A DNA stretch of 64,000 bases, taken from a virus. Both the position numbers and the translations under genes were made by a program. Below, one piece after another: positions 34,056-44,795 of the stretch. The notes below the pieces were generated by a model. The model was not told the origin of the DNA, did not search any database, and saw only the letters and a program-made list of their open reading frames with translations. How positions within the stretch are numbered: position 1 is the stretch's first letter; each line of letters begins with the position of its first letter. Location of the stretch: positions 7,150 to 71,149 of the IMG/VR virus record IMGVR_UViG_3300047554_000338. One strand, 5' to 3'.

Positions 34056-35395
34056 CCAACCCTTCCAGACTGCACCGCTTGGCAGTCCCAAATGTCATTA
34101 AGTGCAAAGGCGTAGCTCATGCCGCCTTTGGGCAGTGATGAGATTGTAGTAACACGGCTCGATTTCCTCGACGTCGGACGCGCAGCAAGGGCCAGGTATC
34201 TGAACGAGTCACTGGCGTGTGAGTGCTGGTCGTGCTTGGGTCTGTTGCGGTAGGTCTGCGTCTTCTCGTCCCACTCGCGCATGTACGCACGCAGGTGCTC
34301 GAGGCCCTCGTAGGTCTTCTCCTCGTCAAACCAGCAGTGCGGGATCACCATCCTCGCGGCCTCGATGCCATCCTGCAGTGACATCTCGGGCACCAGGTTG
34401 GGCCGGATGCCGTTGGCCAGGAACTGCTCGATGATTGATTTGCCGGTCTGCAGCGACTTTGCGCGGGCGTCGTGTGGCAGAAAGATGCCCTTGGGGTTGA
34501 CCAGGTACGGTCTCGACTTCACCCAGTCGATGTAGTGCTGGATCGGCTGGTTGTCGTCCTCCATGAAGTCAACGATGCGGATGCCGTCGCGCGTCTCCTG
34601 CCAGCCCCACCAGGAGCAGCTGTCGGTGAAACCTAAGTCAGCGACCAGGTTCACAGGGAACGCCGGATCAACCGCGTGCTTGCCGATCCGCCCCTCGGCG
34701 TAGGCCTCACCGATCTGCTTGGCGAAGTAGGCGCCTGGCACGGCAGCGTCAAAGCTGCACTCGTACTCGACCAGGAACGCGTCCTCAGTCATCTGAGCCT
34801 TCGCGTCCCGTAATTCATCGGGGTGGATGATTCCTGTCTTGGACGCGGGGAGCTCGAGCAGCATGTGCGTGCCAGGATTCATCCGCGCTTCCTCGCGCAG
34901 GTTCCAGAACATGTTCTTGCCCGCGGGCGTGCCGGCAAAGATGGCCCAGCCGCGGCGGTCTGACAGGGCTGGACGCAGGACTTTGTACCAGGCACTCGGT
35001 CTGATCTGGCCGACCTCGTCCAAAACAACGCCGTCAAAGTACATACCGCGCAGGGCGTCGTAGTTGTCGGCGCCGGCGACATAGATCGTTGACTCACCGC
35101 CGTGGCCGTTGTTGATCGTGATCTTCAGCTCCGACTCGTTGGGCGGCTTGCTCCACATCGGACGCGTCAGGTCCTTGAGGTAGGTCCAGGCGACCCTCTT
35201 GGCCTGGTCACGCTGCGGGGCCATGTACGCGAACTGAGGTTTTGGCAGCGCCGTCTCGAGCGCACCGATCACCAGGTCAGCGCACATCGCGACCGTCTTG
35301 CCGCAGCGCCGATGCGCCACGACGCAGACCCAGCGCTTGTCGCGGTTGTGCAGCGGGGTGAAGACGCTGCGGGGGACGTACTCGTTGAGGTTCAC
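34052..35395 (-). CDS. terL: Terminase large subunit
   Basis: HRRCGKT Walker A; VVLDE Walker B; GTP coupling motif; DLG..D and H..D.FRY nuclease motifs. Confidence 0.93.
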   Translation of the reverse strand: MNLNEYVPRSVFTPLHNRDKRWVCVVAHRRCGKTVAMCADLVIGALETALPKPQFAYMAPQRDQAKRVAWTYLKDLTRPMWSKPPNESELKITINNGHGGESTIYVAGADNYDALRGMYFDGVVLDEVGQIRPSAWYKVLRPALSDRRGWAIFAGTPAGKNMFWNLREEARMNPGTHMLLELPASKTGIIHPDELRDAKAQMTEDAFLVEYECSFDAAVPGAYFAKQIGEAYAEGRIGKHAVDPAFPVNLVADLGFTDSCSWWGWQETRDGIRIVDFMEDDNQPIQHYIDWVKSRPYLVNPKGIFLPHDARAKSLQTGKSIIEQFLANGIRPNLVPEMSLQDGIEAARMVIPHCWFDEEKTYEGLEHLRAYMREWDEKTQTYRNRPKHDQHSHASDSFRYLALAARPTSRKSSRVTTISSLPKGGMSYAFALNDIWDCQAVQSGRVG

Positions 35396-35736
35396 TTGGT
35401 GAGCCTCTCGAGCTCGCGGTCAACGTACCAGCGGGCCTTTTTCAGGTCCTCGATCGCGTTGTCGTTCTTGAGGCCGGCTCGCCAGATGTACTTCACCGCG
35501 TTCCCCAGGCAGAAGTTCATGTGCTCCGTGATCTGGATGCACTCGACGCCCGAGGGGTGCTCGGTGTAGTGGCTCGGGTGGTTGACGGGGTCATGGTCGT
35601 TGAGCGCGTCACTCAGCCTGGGGACTTCGATCTTCTCGAAGCTGGGCGCAAACATGCAGCCGGGTTTGTGCGCCTCGATGGGGGATGTCTTGCAGTCTGG
35701 GCAGTGCCAGGGGCCAATTGGGTTTGTCGTGGTCAT
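35392..35736 (-). CDS. DUF3310 family protein
   Basis: DPVNHPSHY...GNAVKYIWRAGLK. Confidence 0.8.
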   Translation of the reverse strand: MTTTNPIGPWHCPDCKTSPIEAHKPGCMFAPSFEKIEVPRLSDALNDHDPVNHPSHYTEHPSGVECIQITEHMNFCLGNAVKYIWRAGLKNDNAIEDLKKARWYVDRELERLTK

Positions 35737-35927
35737 GTTGCGTTTTCCTCATCTTGTCTTTTTGGGTTGGTGAAAATTGGTGGGGGGACCCGTTTACAGC
35801 TCGACCCCCCTCCCCGACCGAAAGGGGGGTGGGGGTCTGGAACTTTCCGGCTAGGCCAGACACGGGCTGGATCGCGTCAGATCCACGCAGGAGACGCGAT
35901 CGCAGCAGTGGTGAGGGCGTGGTAGCG

Positions 35928-36545
35928 TCAGTCACCTTGCGGCTCTCCTGCGCCCTTGCCTGCCTCCGGCATGCTGCCGGCGACACCTGCCGGCGACTCC
36001 ACCGGATCTTTAATCCGGTACTTGCCTGCCGAATCCCGTTCTAAATCAACGACTTGCGTGACCTGCTCGGCCGGTTGTGCCACAGTTGTGCCAATGTTGC
36101 GCTGGCCAAGCCAGCTGAGCTGCACCTGGATGCCGCCCTCCACGTTGGCGTTGATCTGCGTCGGCAGCACCTTGGCCACCAGGCCGACGAACGCGGCCCG
36201 ATCGCTCGAGGTTCCTTGAGCGAGCCTGGCCAAGTAGGCCGGTCCTCCCACCTCGTCGAACGCCTCGAGCACGGCCTCGCGCAGGTTCGTCAGCCGGTTC
36301 TTGACGCCCGGCGTGCGGCCCGGCCCCGCCGGCACTGGCTGGCCGTTGCGCGGGCTCACCGCGCCCTGCTTCCCCTCTGTTTTTGGCTCTGTTTTGGCTT
36401 TTTGGGCATCCTGAGCCGCCGCTAACTTCTCCAGCCGCACGCGCTCCTCAGCCTCGTCCATGCGCTGCTGCATCTCCGCTGTGGCCATGACCTGGGCGAG
36501 ATCCGGGAACTTGAATTCAGGCATTTGTTGGGTGTTTGTTTCCAT
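35928..36545 (-). CDS. Probable terminase small subunit
   Basis: Core near-identical to 832..1434; N-terminus differs. Confidence 0.6.
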   Translation of the reverse strand: METNTQQMPEFKFPDLAQVMATAEMQQRMDEAEERVRLEKLAAAQDAQKAKTEPKTEGKQGAVSPRNGQPVPAGPGRTPGVKNRLTNLREAVLEAFDEVGGPAYLARLAQGTSSDRAAFVGLVAKVLPTQINANVEGGIQVQLSWLGQRNIGTTVAQPAEQVTQVVDLERDSAGKYRIKDPVESPAGVAGSMPEAGKGAGEPQGD

Positions 36546-36982
36546 GTTCAGATTTTCCCACCACTCACTCAACGACAAACGCGAACGCCATCAGCAGCAG
36601 CCCGATCATCCAGAACCCAAACGCGCACAGCGCTATGCCGGCAATGAAATACATGTGTGAAGCCATTCTTTCCTCCTGTGGATAACTGCACTGCTCCCAC
36701 TCCCACACCCTATCTAAGTGGAAGCAGAAGCAGCCTCGCGCACGGGCAAAGTGCCCCCACCCTTGGGGTGGTGGGGCACACTTTGCTCCTGGTGCTCCTG
36801 CTCTGCTCCCGCTACCGGAAGCGAACCGGAAGCAGTGGAAGCAGGCCCCAATCGAGCAGGACAATTCCTGCCCTGGTTGCAATTGCCATAACATGGTGGG
36901 CAGCTCTTTTTGCCAAAGATCCTGTCCCAGCTGTCCTGGTAGCCCTTGCCTGGACGTCGTCCAGATCCTTTGCCGCCATCGC

Positions 36983-37402
36983 TCATGACGCCCCCTTAAT
37001 GCCGTGTGCGGCTTCGATGGCCCGAACAAAGCTGCCAGTGTTATGTGTTGCGCGTATCAGTTCAGATATTTCCTCATCCGTCAGCGGCTTGCGCTGTGGT
37101 GGGGTTGTGTGAACAGTAAGAACGCCTGATTGTTTTGCCCCGCACTTGGTGCATTCAATGTCCATTGCGTATTGGTCAGGCTCATCCTTCGCTTCTAGTG
37201 CGGCTTTAATGGCGGTGATGGCTTGGTCAATTTCAGCATTGGCTTCATCAGCCCCACAGTTGCACTCGTCACCCTCAGAATCATTGGCGCATCCATCTTC
37301 ATGCTTAGGGCATGAGTACCATGTGTCCTCGCAGTAATGATGCGTTCTGCGGTTGTTTTCCAACGCCTCCAATGCAAGGCGTAATGCTTCGTCTTTGGTC
37401 AT
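36983..37402 (-). CDS. Hypothetical mosaic phage protein
   Basis: MTKDEALRLALEALE; Cys-rich inserts; PLTDEEI...RAIEAAHGI. Confidence 0.65.
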   Translation of the reverse strand: MTKDEALRLALEALENNRRTHHYCEDTWYSCPKHEDGCANDSEGDECNCGADEANAEIDQAITAIKAALEAKDEPDQYAMDIECTKCGAKQSGVLTVHTTPPQRKPLTDEEISELIRATHNTGSFVRAIEAAHGIKGAS

Positions 37403-37638
37403 GCTTGTCCTTCCATTTGTTTCAATGCCGCCTGCAGCCCAGCCAGGCCACCGACGCGCTGGTCGTTGATAAAGATCTGGGGCATCTGCCGCAGGTCTGG
37501 GTAGGCGAACTCAAACGCCAGGCGCACGCCTGAGTCCTCCATGTTGTTCTCGACGTAGCGCAAGCCCTTGGACTTGAGCAGCTGCTTGGCCGCCACGCAG
37601 TTGGGGCAGCCGCTCTTTGTGTAGATGAAGATGTTCAC
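37399..37638 (-). CDS. Glutaredoxin
   Basis: CPNC and MPQIFINDQRVGG. Confidence 0.88.
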   Translation of the reverse strand: MNIFIYTKSGCPNCVAAKQLLKSKGLRYVENNMEDSGVRLAFEFAYPDLRQMPQIFINDQRVGGLAGLQAALKQMEGQA

Positions 37639-38037
37639 AGCTGCTCCCTCCCTGGCCAGTCCCAGCTCTTGCCCTGGTCTCTGACCCAGATCGAGAACGA
37701 TGCCGCGGTGTCACCAAAGGGCATGCGGTCGATGCGGTTGGCCAGCTCATTGAGCGTGGCCTGCTGGATCATTCGGGCGAAGACGCGCATGTCCTTCACG
37801 CCGTTGTCGATGCCGACCTGGATCAGCTCATCGATCTCCTCGCCTGTGAGTAGTGGTTCTGTCATTTGTTTGGTCTCCTTGTTGCTCGATGCGTCCAGCA
37901 CGCTGCGCAGATCCAGCGTGTGGCGCTCATCTCAATGCCGCCCTCTGGCGGCTTCTCTGTCTCGCACTTGCTGCACAGCTTGAAGCGGTGCATGTTCTTG
38001 AGTGACTGCGGCATTTCAATCTGTTGTTTCACAAAGC

Positions 38038-40176
38038 TCACTCGTCGTCCTCCTCACGCTGTGCCCAGGTAGGCCCAGCTCCACTACCCAAAGCCACACG
38101 CGTCTGACCAGCTGGTGTGAGCACCACGCGCTGACCAGGCATGCGGTTGTGCTTCTTGTAGGTCTCCTGGGTGATCAGGTTCTCGTTCTCCATGTCGCGC
38201 AAGATGCTGAAGAAGTCCTTGCGTCCCAGGTGATTGGGGAACTCTGGATCAGTGTTGAGCACGTTGAAGATGTTGTTCGCTGCCGCGTTGGCCTTCATTG
38301 ACAGGTTCAGGCCCTCGCCTGCAGCCCGTCCGATCAGTTTGAGAATCACAGCGCGTTGTGTATTTCGCACCAGTGTCTGCGCAGCTTTGAGGCCTGGTGA
38401 TGTGCCAAAGCGCTTGAAGACCTTGGCGCTTGGATCGAACTCGATGCGCAGCTCCTCTTGCAGTGGGCCCAGGTTGCACTTCTCATGTCTGAGCACGACG
38501 GTGTCAGCGTCACGCACCATCGCCCAGCGTGAGCGGGCTGAGTTGTTCCAGGCTGTGGAGCCCGAAAACGTCGTGTTGCTGTCCAGGCCTGCCCCGCCCC
38601 TGACGCTTGCCTTGTCAACGTGCGCCAGCAGCAAGACAGCTGCGCGTGTGACGTTGGCGATCAGGTTGAGCGCCCGCATGAAGCCGCGGACCTCGGTGCG
38701 GTCGTTCTCGTTGGACGCGAAGACGTCCGAGGCGTTGTCGATGATCACGACGTTGGCCTTGCTGGCCACGGTCACATCGGCCAGCCACTGCATGCGCTCG
38801 GTCGTGCCGCCGTCCTTCCACAGGACGCAGTCGGCCTGGGTCAGGTCATAGACGACCAGGCGATCGCGCAGCTCTGACATGGACAGGCCCAGGTCTGCGC
38901 AGATGTTGGCCACGCGGAAGTGGACGGTGCGTGCCTCGTCCTCACCGGACAGGATCAGCACCTTGGATGGCTTAGTCTCGATGTCAAACAGGCTCATGCC
39001 ATGAGCCATCGCCACGCCCAGCTGCAATGACAGGTTGGACTTGCCCACGCCGCCGTTGGCACTGAGCAAAGTGACTGTGCCCTCGGGCAGCCAGCCTTCG
39101 AAGCGCCAGTTGGTGGGCTCGGGCTGCTTGTGCTCGAGAGCGCCCCAATCCATCGGCTGCAGATCACCCTTGACCTCGGGTGCAGGCTCACTAGGTGAGC
39201 CACCAGGCACTGACAGGTTGACGGTGATGCTCGGCGGCTGGCGCTCCTCGGGCGCAAACTTCTCCGCGGACTTCACAGCGCGAGGGATCTCCTGGCGGCG
39301 TGACTCCCAGCGACGCAGCTCCTCGGGATCACCTGGCCGGTTCTGATCCATGAGGCTGTAGAGGAAGTCAACGGCTGCACCAGGAAACATGCCACCGGCC
39401 ACCAGGCTGGCGGCCAGGCGCGTGATGCTTTCGTGATAGACGCGTGTGCCTGGGTTTGGATCGGTCAGGCCGGCGATCATTTCGCCTGCATGATTTGTTG
39501 CGCCAGTTGATGAAGATGGGGTGTTCGACAGCTTGGCCGCGATCTTCAAACTGTCTAGGTCAATTCCGATGGCCGCGCAGGCATCGTCCAGGCTCCAGCG
39601 GATGTTTGGCTGCCAGACCTCGAGCCTGACCTGCCACTCGCCGGCGGCCCTGGGCTTGGTGTTCATGCCATTGGGCAGGCGGACGTACCGCACGCAGGCG
39701 TTGCCCGAGGCGTCGTTCGAACGGCCACGGGCGGCCAAAGCCGACATAAGCCGGTCGATTAGCTCTCTGTTTCGGGTATCAGCGTCTTCCCCATCGAGAA
39801 AGATACCTACTTGGAACTTTCCTGGGCTCGTTTGCAAGGCGTAAGAAAAGCCTTGGACGTCAGACAGTTGGACGTCATCTAGGACTAGCACCGCAAGTCG
39901 AACGAACGCCGACTTGTTTCGAGCGATCTCGCCGTCTGGTGTTGCACCCAACACAGACGTGCAGAAATAGGTGTTGTCTTGGACAGAACGATCGATCAGG
40001 GCTGCCTGGTTAGGCATGCCCTTGTAGGCGCGTCCCGACCAAACTGTCGGGGGCGCGTTGTTGGGGTCAGCGCGGAACGAGCACACCCAGCCGTGGGTGC
40101 CTGGCTCCATCTCGCCGTAAATCTCCGCGAGGAAGTCGCTGTTGGTCATCGATGTTGCTCCGACGACCATGCTCAC
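38038..40176 (-). CDS. Primase-helicase replication protein
   Basis: Paralog of 2385..4520 with the same motifs. Confidence 0.82.
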   Translation of the reverse strand: MSMVVGATSMTNSDFLAEIYGEMEPGTHGWVCSFRADPNNAPPTVWSGRAYKGMPNQAALIDRSVQDNTYFCTSVLGATPDGEIARNKSAFVRLAVLVLDDVQLSDVQGFSYALQTSPGKFQVGIFLDGEDADTRNRELIDRLMSALAARGRSNDASGNACVRYVRLPNGMNTKPRAAGEWQVRLEVWQPNIRWSLDDACAAIGIDLDSLKIAAKLSNTPSSSTGATNHAGEMIAGLTDPNPGTRVYHESITRLAASLVAGGMFPGAAVDFLYSLMDQNRPGDPEELRRWESRRQEIPRAVKSAEKFAPEERQPPSITVNLSVPGGSPSEPAPEVKGDLQPMDWGALEHKQPEPTNWRFEGWLPEGTVTLLSANGGVGKSNLSLQLGVAMAHGMSLFDIETKPSKVLILSGEDEARTVHFRVANICADLGLSMSELRDRLVVYDLTQADCVLWKDGGTTERMQWLADVTVASKANVVIIDNASDVFASNENDRTEVRGFMRALNLIANVTRAAVLLLAHVDKASVRGGAGLDSNTTFSGSTAWNNSARSRWAMVRDADTVVLRHEKCNLGPLQEELRIEFDPSAKVFKRFGTSPGLKAAQTLVRNTQRAVILKLIGRAAGEGLNLSMKANAAANNIFNVLNTDPEFPNHLGRKDFFSILRDMENENLITQETYKKHNRMPGQRVVLTPAGQTRVALGSGAGPTWAQREEDDE

Positions 40177-40415
40177 ACCTCAACGGCGGCAAGCTCCTTG
40201 ACACCGATGCGCACGCGTTGGTCGCGTGCCATCTCTATGAGCTGCGGCCAATACCGCTGCGGGATCAGGCCACCAGTGCCACCAGGGCGTGGCTGGCACC
40301 AGCGTGAGAGCGTTGATTTGTCGAGCTCGAGTGCCTCGGCTACAGCGGTTTTTCCTCCTAGCTTTTCGATCACTGTGTAAGCGGGCTCAAGCGTATGGAC
40401 GACGGGAATGGTCAT
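40173..40415 (-). CDS. Cro-like HTH regulator
   Basis: Paralog of 4523..4765. Confidence 0.75.
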   Translation of the reverse strand: MTIPVVHTLEPAYTVIEKLGGKTAVAEALELDKSTLSRWCQPRPGGTGGLIPQRYWPQLIEMARDQRVRIGVKELAAVEV

Positions 40416-40493
40416 GTGTATTACTCCAATGGGTTGCGATTGACTCAACGCCGAGTTTATGACAACCTTGAAGGACCCCGTTCAGAGGTCCCC

Positions 40494-41075
40494 ATGAATA
40501 CCGAGTGGTTTCGTCAACTATTAGCCACGCGCAAGCTGTCGCAGCGTGGTCTGGCCAAGCTCATGGAGCTCGATCCTGCGGCGGTGTCGCTGATGCTACG
40601 CGGTCAGCGCAAGATGACGAACGAGGAGGCTCACCAGGTGAGCCTGATCCTTGGCGTGCCGATCACTGAGGTGCTGCGCCAGGCAGGCATCGAGGTCAGC
40701 GAAGACGTCAGGCGCGTAAAAGTGGCCGGCTACGTTGACGCCAACTCCGCTGTGACGCTGTTTCCCAAGCGCACGCACGACAAGGTGATCGGCCCTGCTG
40801 ACTGCCCCGAGGGAACGTATGCGCTCCAGATGCGTGCGCCAAACAATCCCTCTGACGGCTGGATGATCTTTGTCTCTCCCTCTGAGGATGATCCGCGCCA
40901 GCACCTGGGCCAGATGTGCTGTGTCGCTCTCGATAACGGTGAGCACGTCGTCGCATTCCTGCACCGCGGTTATCGCAGTGGTACTTTCAACCTGGGCAAG
41001 ACGACTGGCGAGCTGCTGCGCACCGACGCGAACGTCGTCTGGGCCTCACGCGTTCTCTGGATCAAGCCGCAGTAA
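40494..41075 (+). CDS. CI-like repressor
   Basis: KLSQRGLAKLMELDPAAVSLM HTH; paralog of 4822..5421. Confidence 0.8.
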   Translation: MNTEWFRQLLATRKLSQRGLAKLMELDPAAVSLMLRGQRKMTNEEAHQVSLILGVPITEVLRQAGIEVSEDVRRVKVAGYVDANSAVTLFPKRTHDKVIGPADCPEGTYALQMRAPNNPSDGWMIFVSPSEDDPRQHLGQMCCVALDNGEHVVAFLHRGYRSGTFNLGKTTGELLRTDANVVWASRVLWIKPQ

Positions 41076-41193
41076 ACCTCAGCGTGGAGTTAATAACCCC
41101 ACGTTCTTGTCGGGATACTGTTGTGCTTTTCGCATCGTTGTGGCCAAATCACTTTACGCCTGATTTAGGCGGGAACGATGAAACGAGAAACAC

Positions 41194-41400
41194 ATGACCT
41201 ACGCAGAACTCATTGCAAAGCTGGTGCAAATCGAAAATCAAACAGGCGTCTATCTCAGCGACCCCTGCGTTGATCTTGAAAACGCCGGCAAGGACGCCAC
41301 TGACGCAAAACTGTTTGCTGTAGCTGCTAGCGCAGCAGGCCAACGTGCAGAAGAAGCTGGTTTGGACATCAACGCTTTGGTTGGCGCCGCAATTTATTGA
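41194..41400 (+). CDS. Hypothetical early protein (copy 2 only)
   Basis: First ORF after tandem operators at 41120..41153. Confidence 0.55.
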   Translation: MTYAELIAKLVQIENQTGVYLSDPCVDLENAGKDATDAKLFAVAASAAGQRAEEAGLDINALVGAAIY

Positions 41401-41420
41401 AGCAAGGAACCAGAACGATG

Positions 41421-41630
41421 ATGAACACAGAACAGGAATACCGCGCAGCACTCAAGGCTCACGATTGGTACTACGACTACAGCGACGACCACAAGGCCTG
41501 GTGCGCTGGACGCGATGAGCGAGACGCCCTTCGCACAGCTCGCAAGCAGCTCGACGCAGACGGCAAGATCTGGAACGAGTACGCACCCAAGCAATACCAA
41601 GCAATCACAAAAACGGAAACATCAAAATGA
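41421..41630 (+). CDS. Hypothetical early protein
   Basis: Paralog of 5536..5745. Confidence 0.7.
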   Translation: MNTEQEYRAALKAHDWYYDYSDDHKAWCAGRDERDALRTARKQLDADGKIWNEYAPKQYQAITKTETSK

Positions 41631-41803
41631 AACTCTCTCACTACCAAACCCCTCGCACTCTCGCTGACTGCACATTCGAAGTTGGCCACCCTGAAGCTCG
41701 CGGCCAGGAGCCCATGTTTGAAACCGTTGGCGGCTACCTGCTGGCCATCGCGATCGGTGTCGGCATGGCCTGCTTGCTCGTTGCCTGGTGGAGCAGCTGA
41801 TAC

Positions 41804-41995
41804 ATGCCACGCCCTGCCCCGCCTGAACCACTCAAACCTCGCTGGATTCGCATGAGCGATACCGAGTTTGAAAAGTTCCAAGACCTGGGCGGTGCTGAAT
41901 GGCTGCGTCGCTTCCTTGGCGGCAAGCCAGACACATACCACCAGGTATTCAAACGACTCGATCGCGATCGGCCAAAAAAATCATACGAAGACTGA
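41804..41995 (+). CDS. Small ribbon-helix-helix-like DNA-binding protein
   Basis: MPRP....R.IRMSD.E...F..LGGAEWLR motif. Confidence 0.55.
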   Translation: MPRPAPPEPLKPRWIRMSDTEFEKFQDLGGAEWLRRFLGGKPDTYHQVFKRLDRDRPKKSYED

Positions 41996-42043
41996 TGCGA
42001 ATTTCACAATCCCACGACGGCCTGAACTTTTAAGGAAATAAAA

Positions 42044-42790
42044 ATGGCTTTTGATCTCTCCTCCATCTCGCGCACAAAGCGCATGCGTGCCCCCAAGATC
42101 GTGATTGCCGGCCCCGGCAAGATCGGCAAGACAACCTTTGCATCGATGGCGCCCAACGCGATCGGCATCTTGACCGAGGACGGCGCCGACGCAGTCGATG
42201 CGTCTGCCTTCCCTTTGGCCACATCACTTGACCAGGTCTACGAGGCCATCACCACGCTGCTCAACGAGCAGCACGAATACGGCACTGTGTTTGTTGACTC
42301 GCTTGACTGGCTTGAGCCCCTGATTCACGCGCACGTCTGCAAGGCCAACAAGTGGGCCAGTATCGAGGCCGCAGGCTACGGCAAGGGCTACATCGCTGCA
42401 GCTGACGAGTGGCGCAACCTGTTGAACGGCCTTGAAGCCCTGCGCCAGACGCGCAACATGGCCGTAATCTTGATTGCGCACGACAAGATCAAGCACTTCG
42501 AGTCACCACTGCACGACGGTTATGACCAATATGTCCTGAAGCTGCACGACCGCGCTGCAGCTCTTGTCCAGGAATGGGCAGACGTCATCGGCTGGGCCAA
42601 CTACCGGATCGTCACGACGCAGTCAGACGCCGGCTACGGCAACAAAGAAACAAAGGCCCGCACAACGGGCGACCGAATTCTCCATGTCGAACCTCACCCC
42701 GCTCACATGGGCGGCAACAGGTTTGGCTTGAAGAACATGAAGCTCGACTGGGCTGAATTCGCTGCGGCATTGACCGCGTCTCAAAACTGA
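42044..42790 (+). CDS. AAA_24 / Sak4-like ATPase
   Basis: Near-identical to 6406..7152. Confidence 0.82.
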   Translation: MAFDLSSISRTKRMRAPKIVIAGPGKIGKTTFASMAPNAIGILTEDGADAVDASAFPLATSLDQVYEAITTLLNEQHEYGTVFVDSLDWLEPLIHAHVCKANKWASIEAAGYGKGYIAAADEWRNLLNGLEALRQTRNMAVILIAHDKIKHFESPLHDGYDQYVLKLHDRAAALVQEWADVIGWANYRIVTTQSDAGYGNKETKARTTGDRILHVEPHPAHMGGNRFGLKNMKLDWAEFAAALTASQN

Positions 42791-42809
42791 AACTAGGAAC
42801 TTTTCAAAC

Positions 42810-43289
42810 ATGGCACTCATTAACTTCAAAGCATCTGCAATCCAGATCGAAGAACGCTCCAACTCATACGGCCCGCTGCCCGCAGGCGAGTACGAAATGA
42901 TGATCGTGAAGTCGGAAACCAAACCGACCAAAGCCAACACCGGCCACTACCTCGAGCTCGAGATGCACGTCATCTCTGGTGAGCACTCAGGCCGCCGTCA
43001 CTGGGAGCGCTTGAACCTGGACAACCCCAACCACCAGGCCGTCAAGATCGCCCAGGAGTCACTGGCCAAGCTCTGCATGGCCATCGGCATCGATGACGTG
43101 GAAGACAGCGAGCAGCTGCACGACCAGCCCTTTGTGGCCGAGATTGGCATCGACAAAAAGGACGAGACGCGCAACGTGATCTGGGGCTACCAGGGCATCG
43201 GTGGCCACATCAACAACGCCAAGCCCAAGGCTCCCGCGGCGCCAGCTCCTTCAGCTGCACCAGCAAAGGCTGCAAAGCCCTGGGGTTAA
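42810..43289 (+). CDS. DUF669 family ssDNA-binding protein
   Basis: Near-identical to 7172..7651. Confidence 0.75.
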   Translation: MALINFKASAIQIEERSNSYGPLPAGEYEMMIVKSETKPTKANTGHYLELEMHVISGEHSGRRHWERLNLDNPNHQAVKIAQESLAKLCMAIGIDDVEDSEQLHDQPFVAEIGIDKKDETRNVIWGYQGIGGHINNAKPKAPAAPAPSAAPAKAAKPWG

Positions 43290-43508
43290 ACAACGGGGCC
43301 GCTGCCTCTGGGGGTTCCCGGAGGGCCGGACAGCGGCCCCACCTTTTTGAACGAGAAAAACGATGCTTAACGAATACTCACAATGGTTTTTTCAAAACGG
43401 CTGGATTGCTGTGACGTCCCTTGGCTTTGCGCTTGGCTGGTTTGTAGGGCTGCGCGGTTACTGGGTGATCCTGCCTCTGGTCGCAATGGCAATTGCAGGG
43501 AAATGAAC

Positions 43509-44705
43509 ATGGCACAAATACCCGAATCCCAACACACCACCAGCGCGGCAATCATTCGCTGGTACGAATCAAAGCCGCAGGAGCACCGCCCTCACATGGG
43601 CGCGTCCCTGATCGGCCACAGCTGCGACCGCTACATCTGGCTGACCTGGCGCTGGGCGCTCAAGCCAGAATTCGAAGGCCGCATGCTTAGACTGTTTGGC
43701 GTTGGCCAGGCAGCCGAGTCGCGCTTCTTTGAGGAGCTGCGTGGCGCTGGCGTCCAGGTCTGGGACGTGGACCCAGAGAGCGGCGACCAGTGGCGCGTCA
43801 ACGCCTGCGATGGCCACTTCAGTGGCTCCCTGGACGCGGTGGCCAAGGGACTGCCCGAGGCGCCCAAGACGCCGGCAGTCGTGGAGTGCAAGACGCACAA
43901 CGACAAGTCATTTAAGGCGCTGCTGTCCAAGAGCGTGAAGGGCGCAAAGCCACAGCACTACGACCAGATGCAGGTCTACATGGGCCTGATGGAGATCGAC
44001 CGCGCCCTGTACATGGCCGAGAACAAGAACGACTCAGCCGTCTACACCGAGTGGGTGCATTTCGACAAGGCTCGCTTTGACCAGCTGATCGATCGCGCCA
44101 AACGACTGATCGAGATGCCAGCGCCGCCCTGGAGAATCAGCACTGACGCCGACTTCTTTGAGTGCAAATACTGCTCGATGTGGAAGCACTGCCACGGTGG
44201 CATGGCTGCCGAGGCGAACTGCCGCACCTGCTGCCATTCCTCACCCGTTGAGAATGCAGCATGGCATTGCAAGCCCCACAACAAGCAGCTGTCAAACGAA
44301 GACCAGATCAAGGGCTGCAACATCCATCTGATGATCCCTTACCTGGTCCCCTACGCGGACGCACAGGACGGCGGTGAGAACTGGATCGCCTACAAGCACA
44401 AAGAGAACGGCCTGCACTTTGTCAACGGCCCCGAGGGCATCAAAGAGTACGGCGCAACGTTCAGCAGCAAAGAGCTGCACAACTGCCCAGGCTCGCTCAT
44501 GGCCGAGGTGATCGCGCATAAGAACGAATTTCCAATCAGCACCGTCGAGTCGGGTGACGTCAAGCGCACCGACCTCGAGACGATGTGGGACGACCTGGCC
44601 ACGCACCCTGACGACATCCCCGTGAAGGCCGACACACCAGTCAAGCGCGAGGCGGCCAAGAAGATCAAGAGCGCCGTCAAGACGATGGAGGCGTTCAAAA
44701 AATGA
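43509..44705 (+). CDS. PD-(D/E)XK Cas4/YqaJ-like exonuclease
   Basis: Paralog of 8016..9203; start corrected to MAQIPE. Confidence 0.8.
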   Translation: MAQIPESQHTTSAAIIRWYESKPQEHRPHMGASLIGHSCDRYIWLTWRWALKPEFEGRMLRLFGVGQAAESRFFEELRGAGVQVWDVDPESGDQWRVNACDGHFSGSLDAVAKGLPEAPKTPAVVECKTHNDKSFKALLSKSVKGAKPQHYDQMQVYMGLMEIDRALYMAENKNDSAVYTEWVHFDKARFDQLIDRAKRLIEMPAPPWRISTDADFFECKYCSMWKHCHGGMAAEANCRTCCHSSPVENAAWHCKPHNKQLSNEDQIKGCNIHLMIPYLVPYADAQDGGENWIAYKHKENGLHFVNGPEGIKEYGATFSSKELHNCPGSLMAEVIAHKNEFPISTVESGDVKRTDLETMWDDLATHPDDIPVKADTPVKREAAKKIKSAVKTMEAFKK

Positions 44706-44795
44706 TTCACTGGCTCTGGCTTTTTGCTGCGTTGTTTGCCGGCGTGTTTGTCGGAATGTTGACGATGGCCCTTTGTGTCATGACGAGGGGCGCTG

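Noticed and set aside
43383-43508. Extended N-termini in the ORF track (also 4521..4649, 17029..17160, 25837..25980, 40395..40493)
   Set aside because: Paralog alignment, RBS position and stop/start overlaps support the downstream starts
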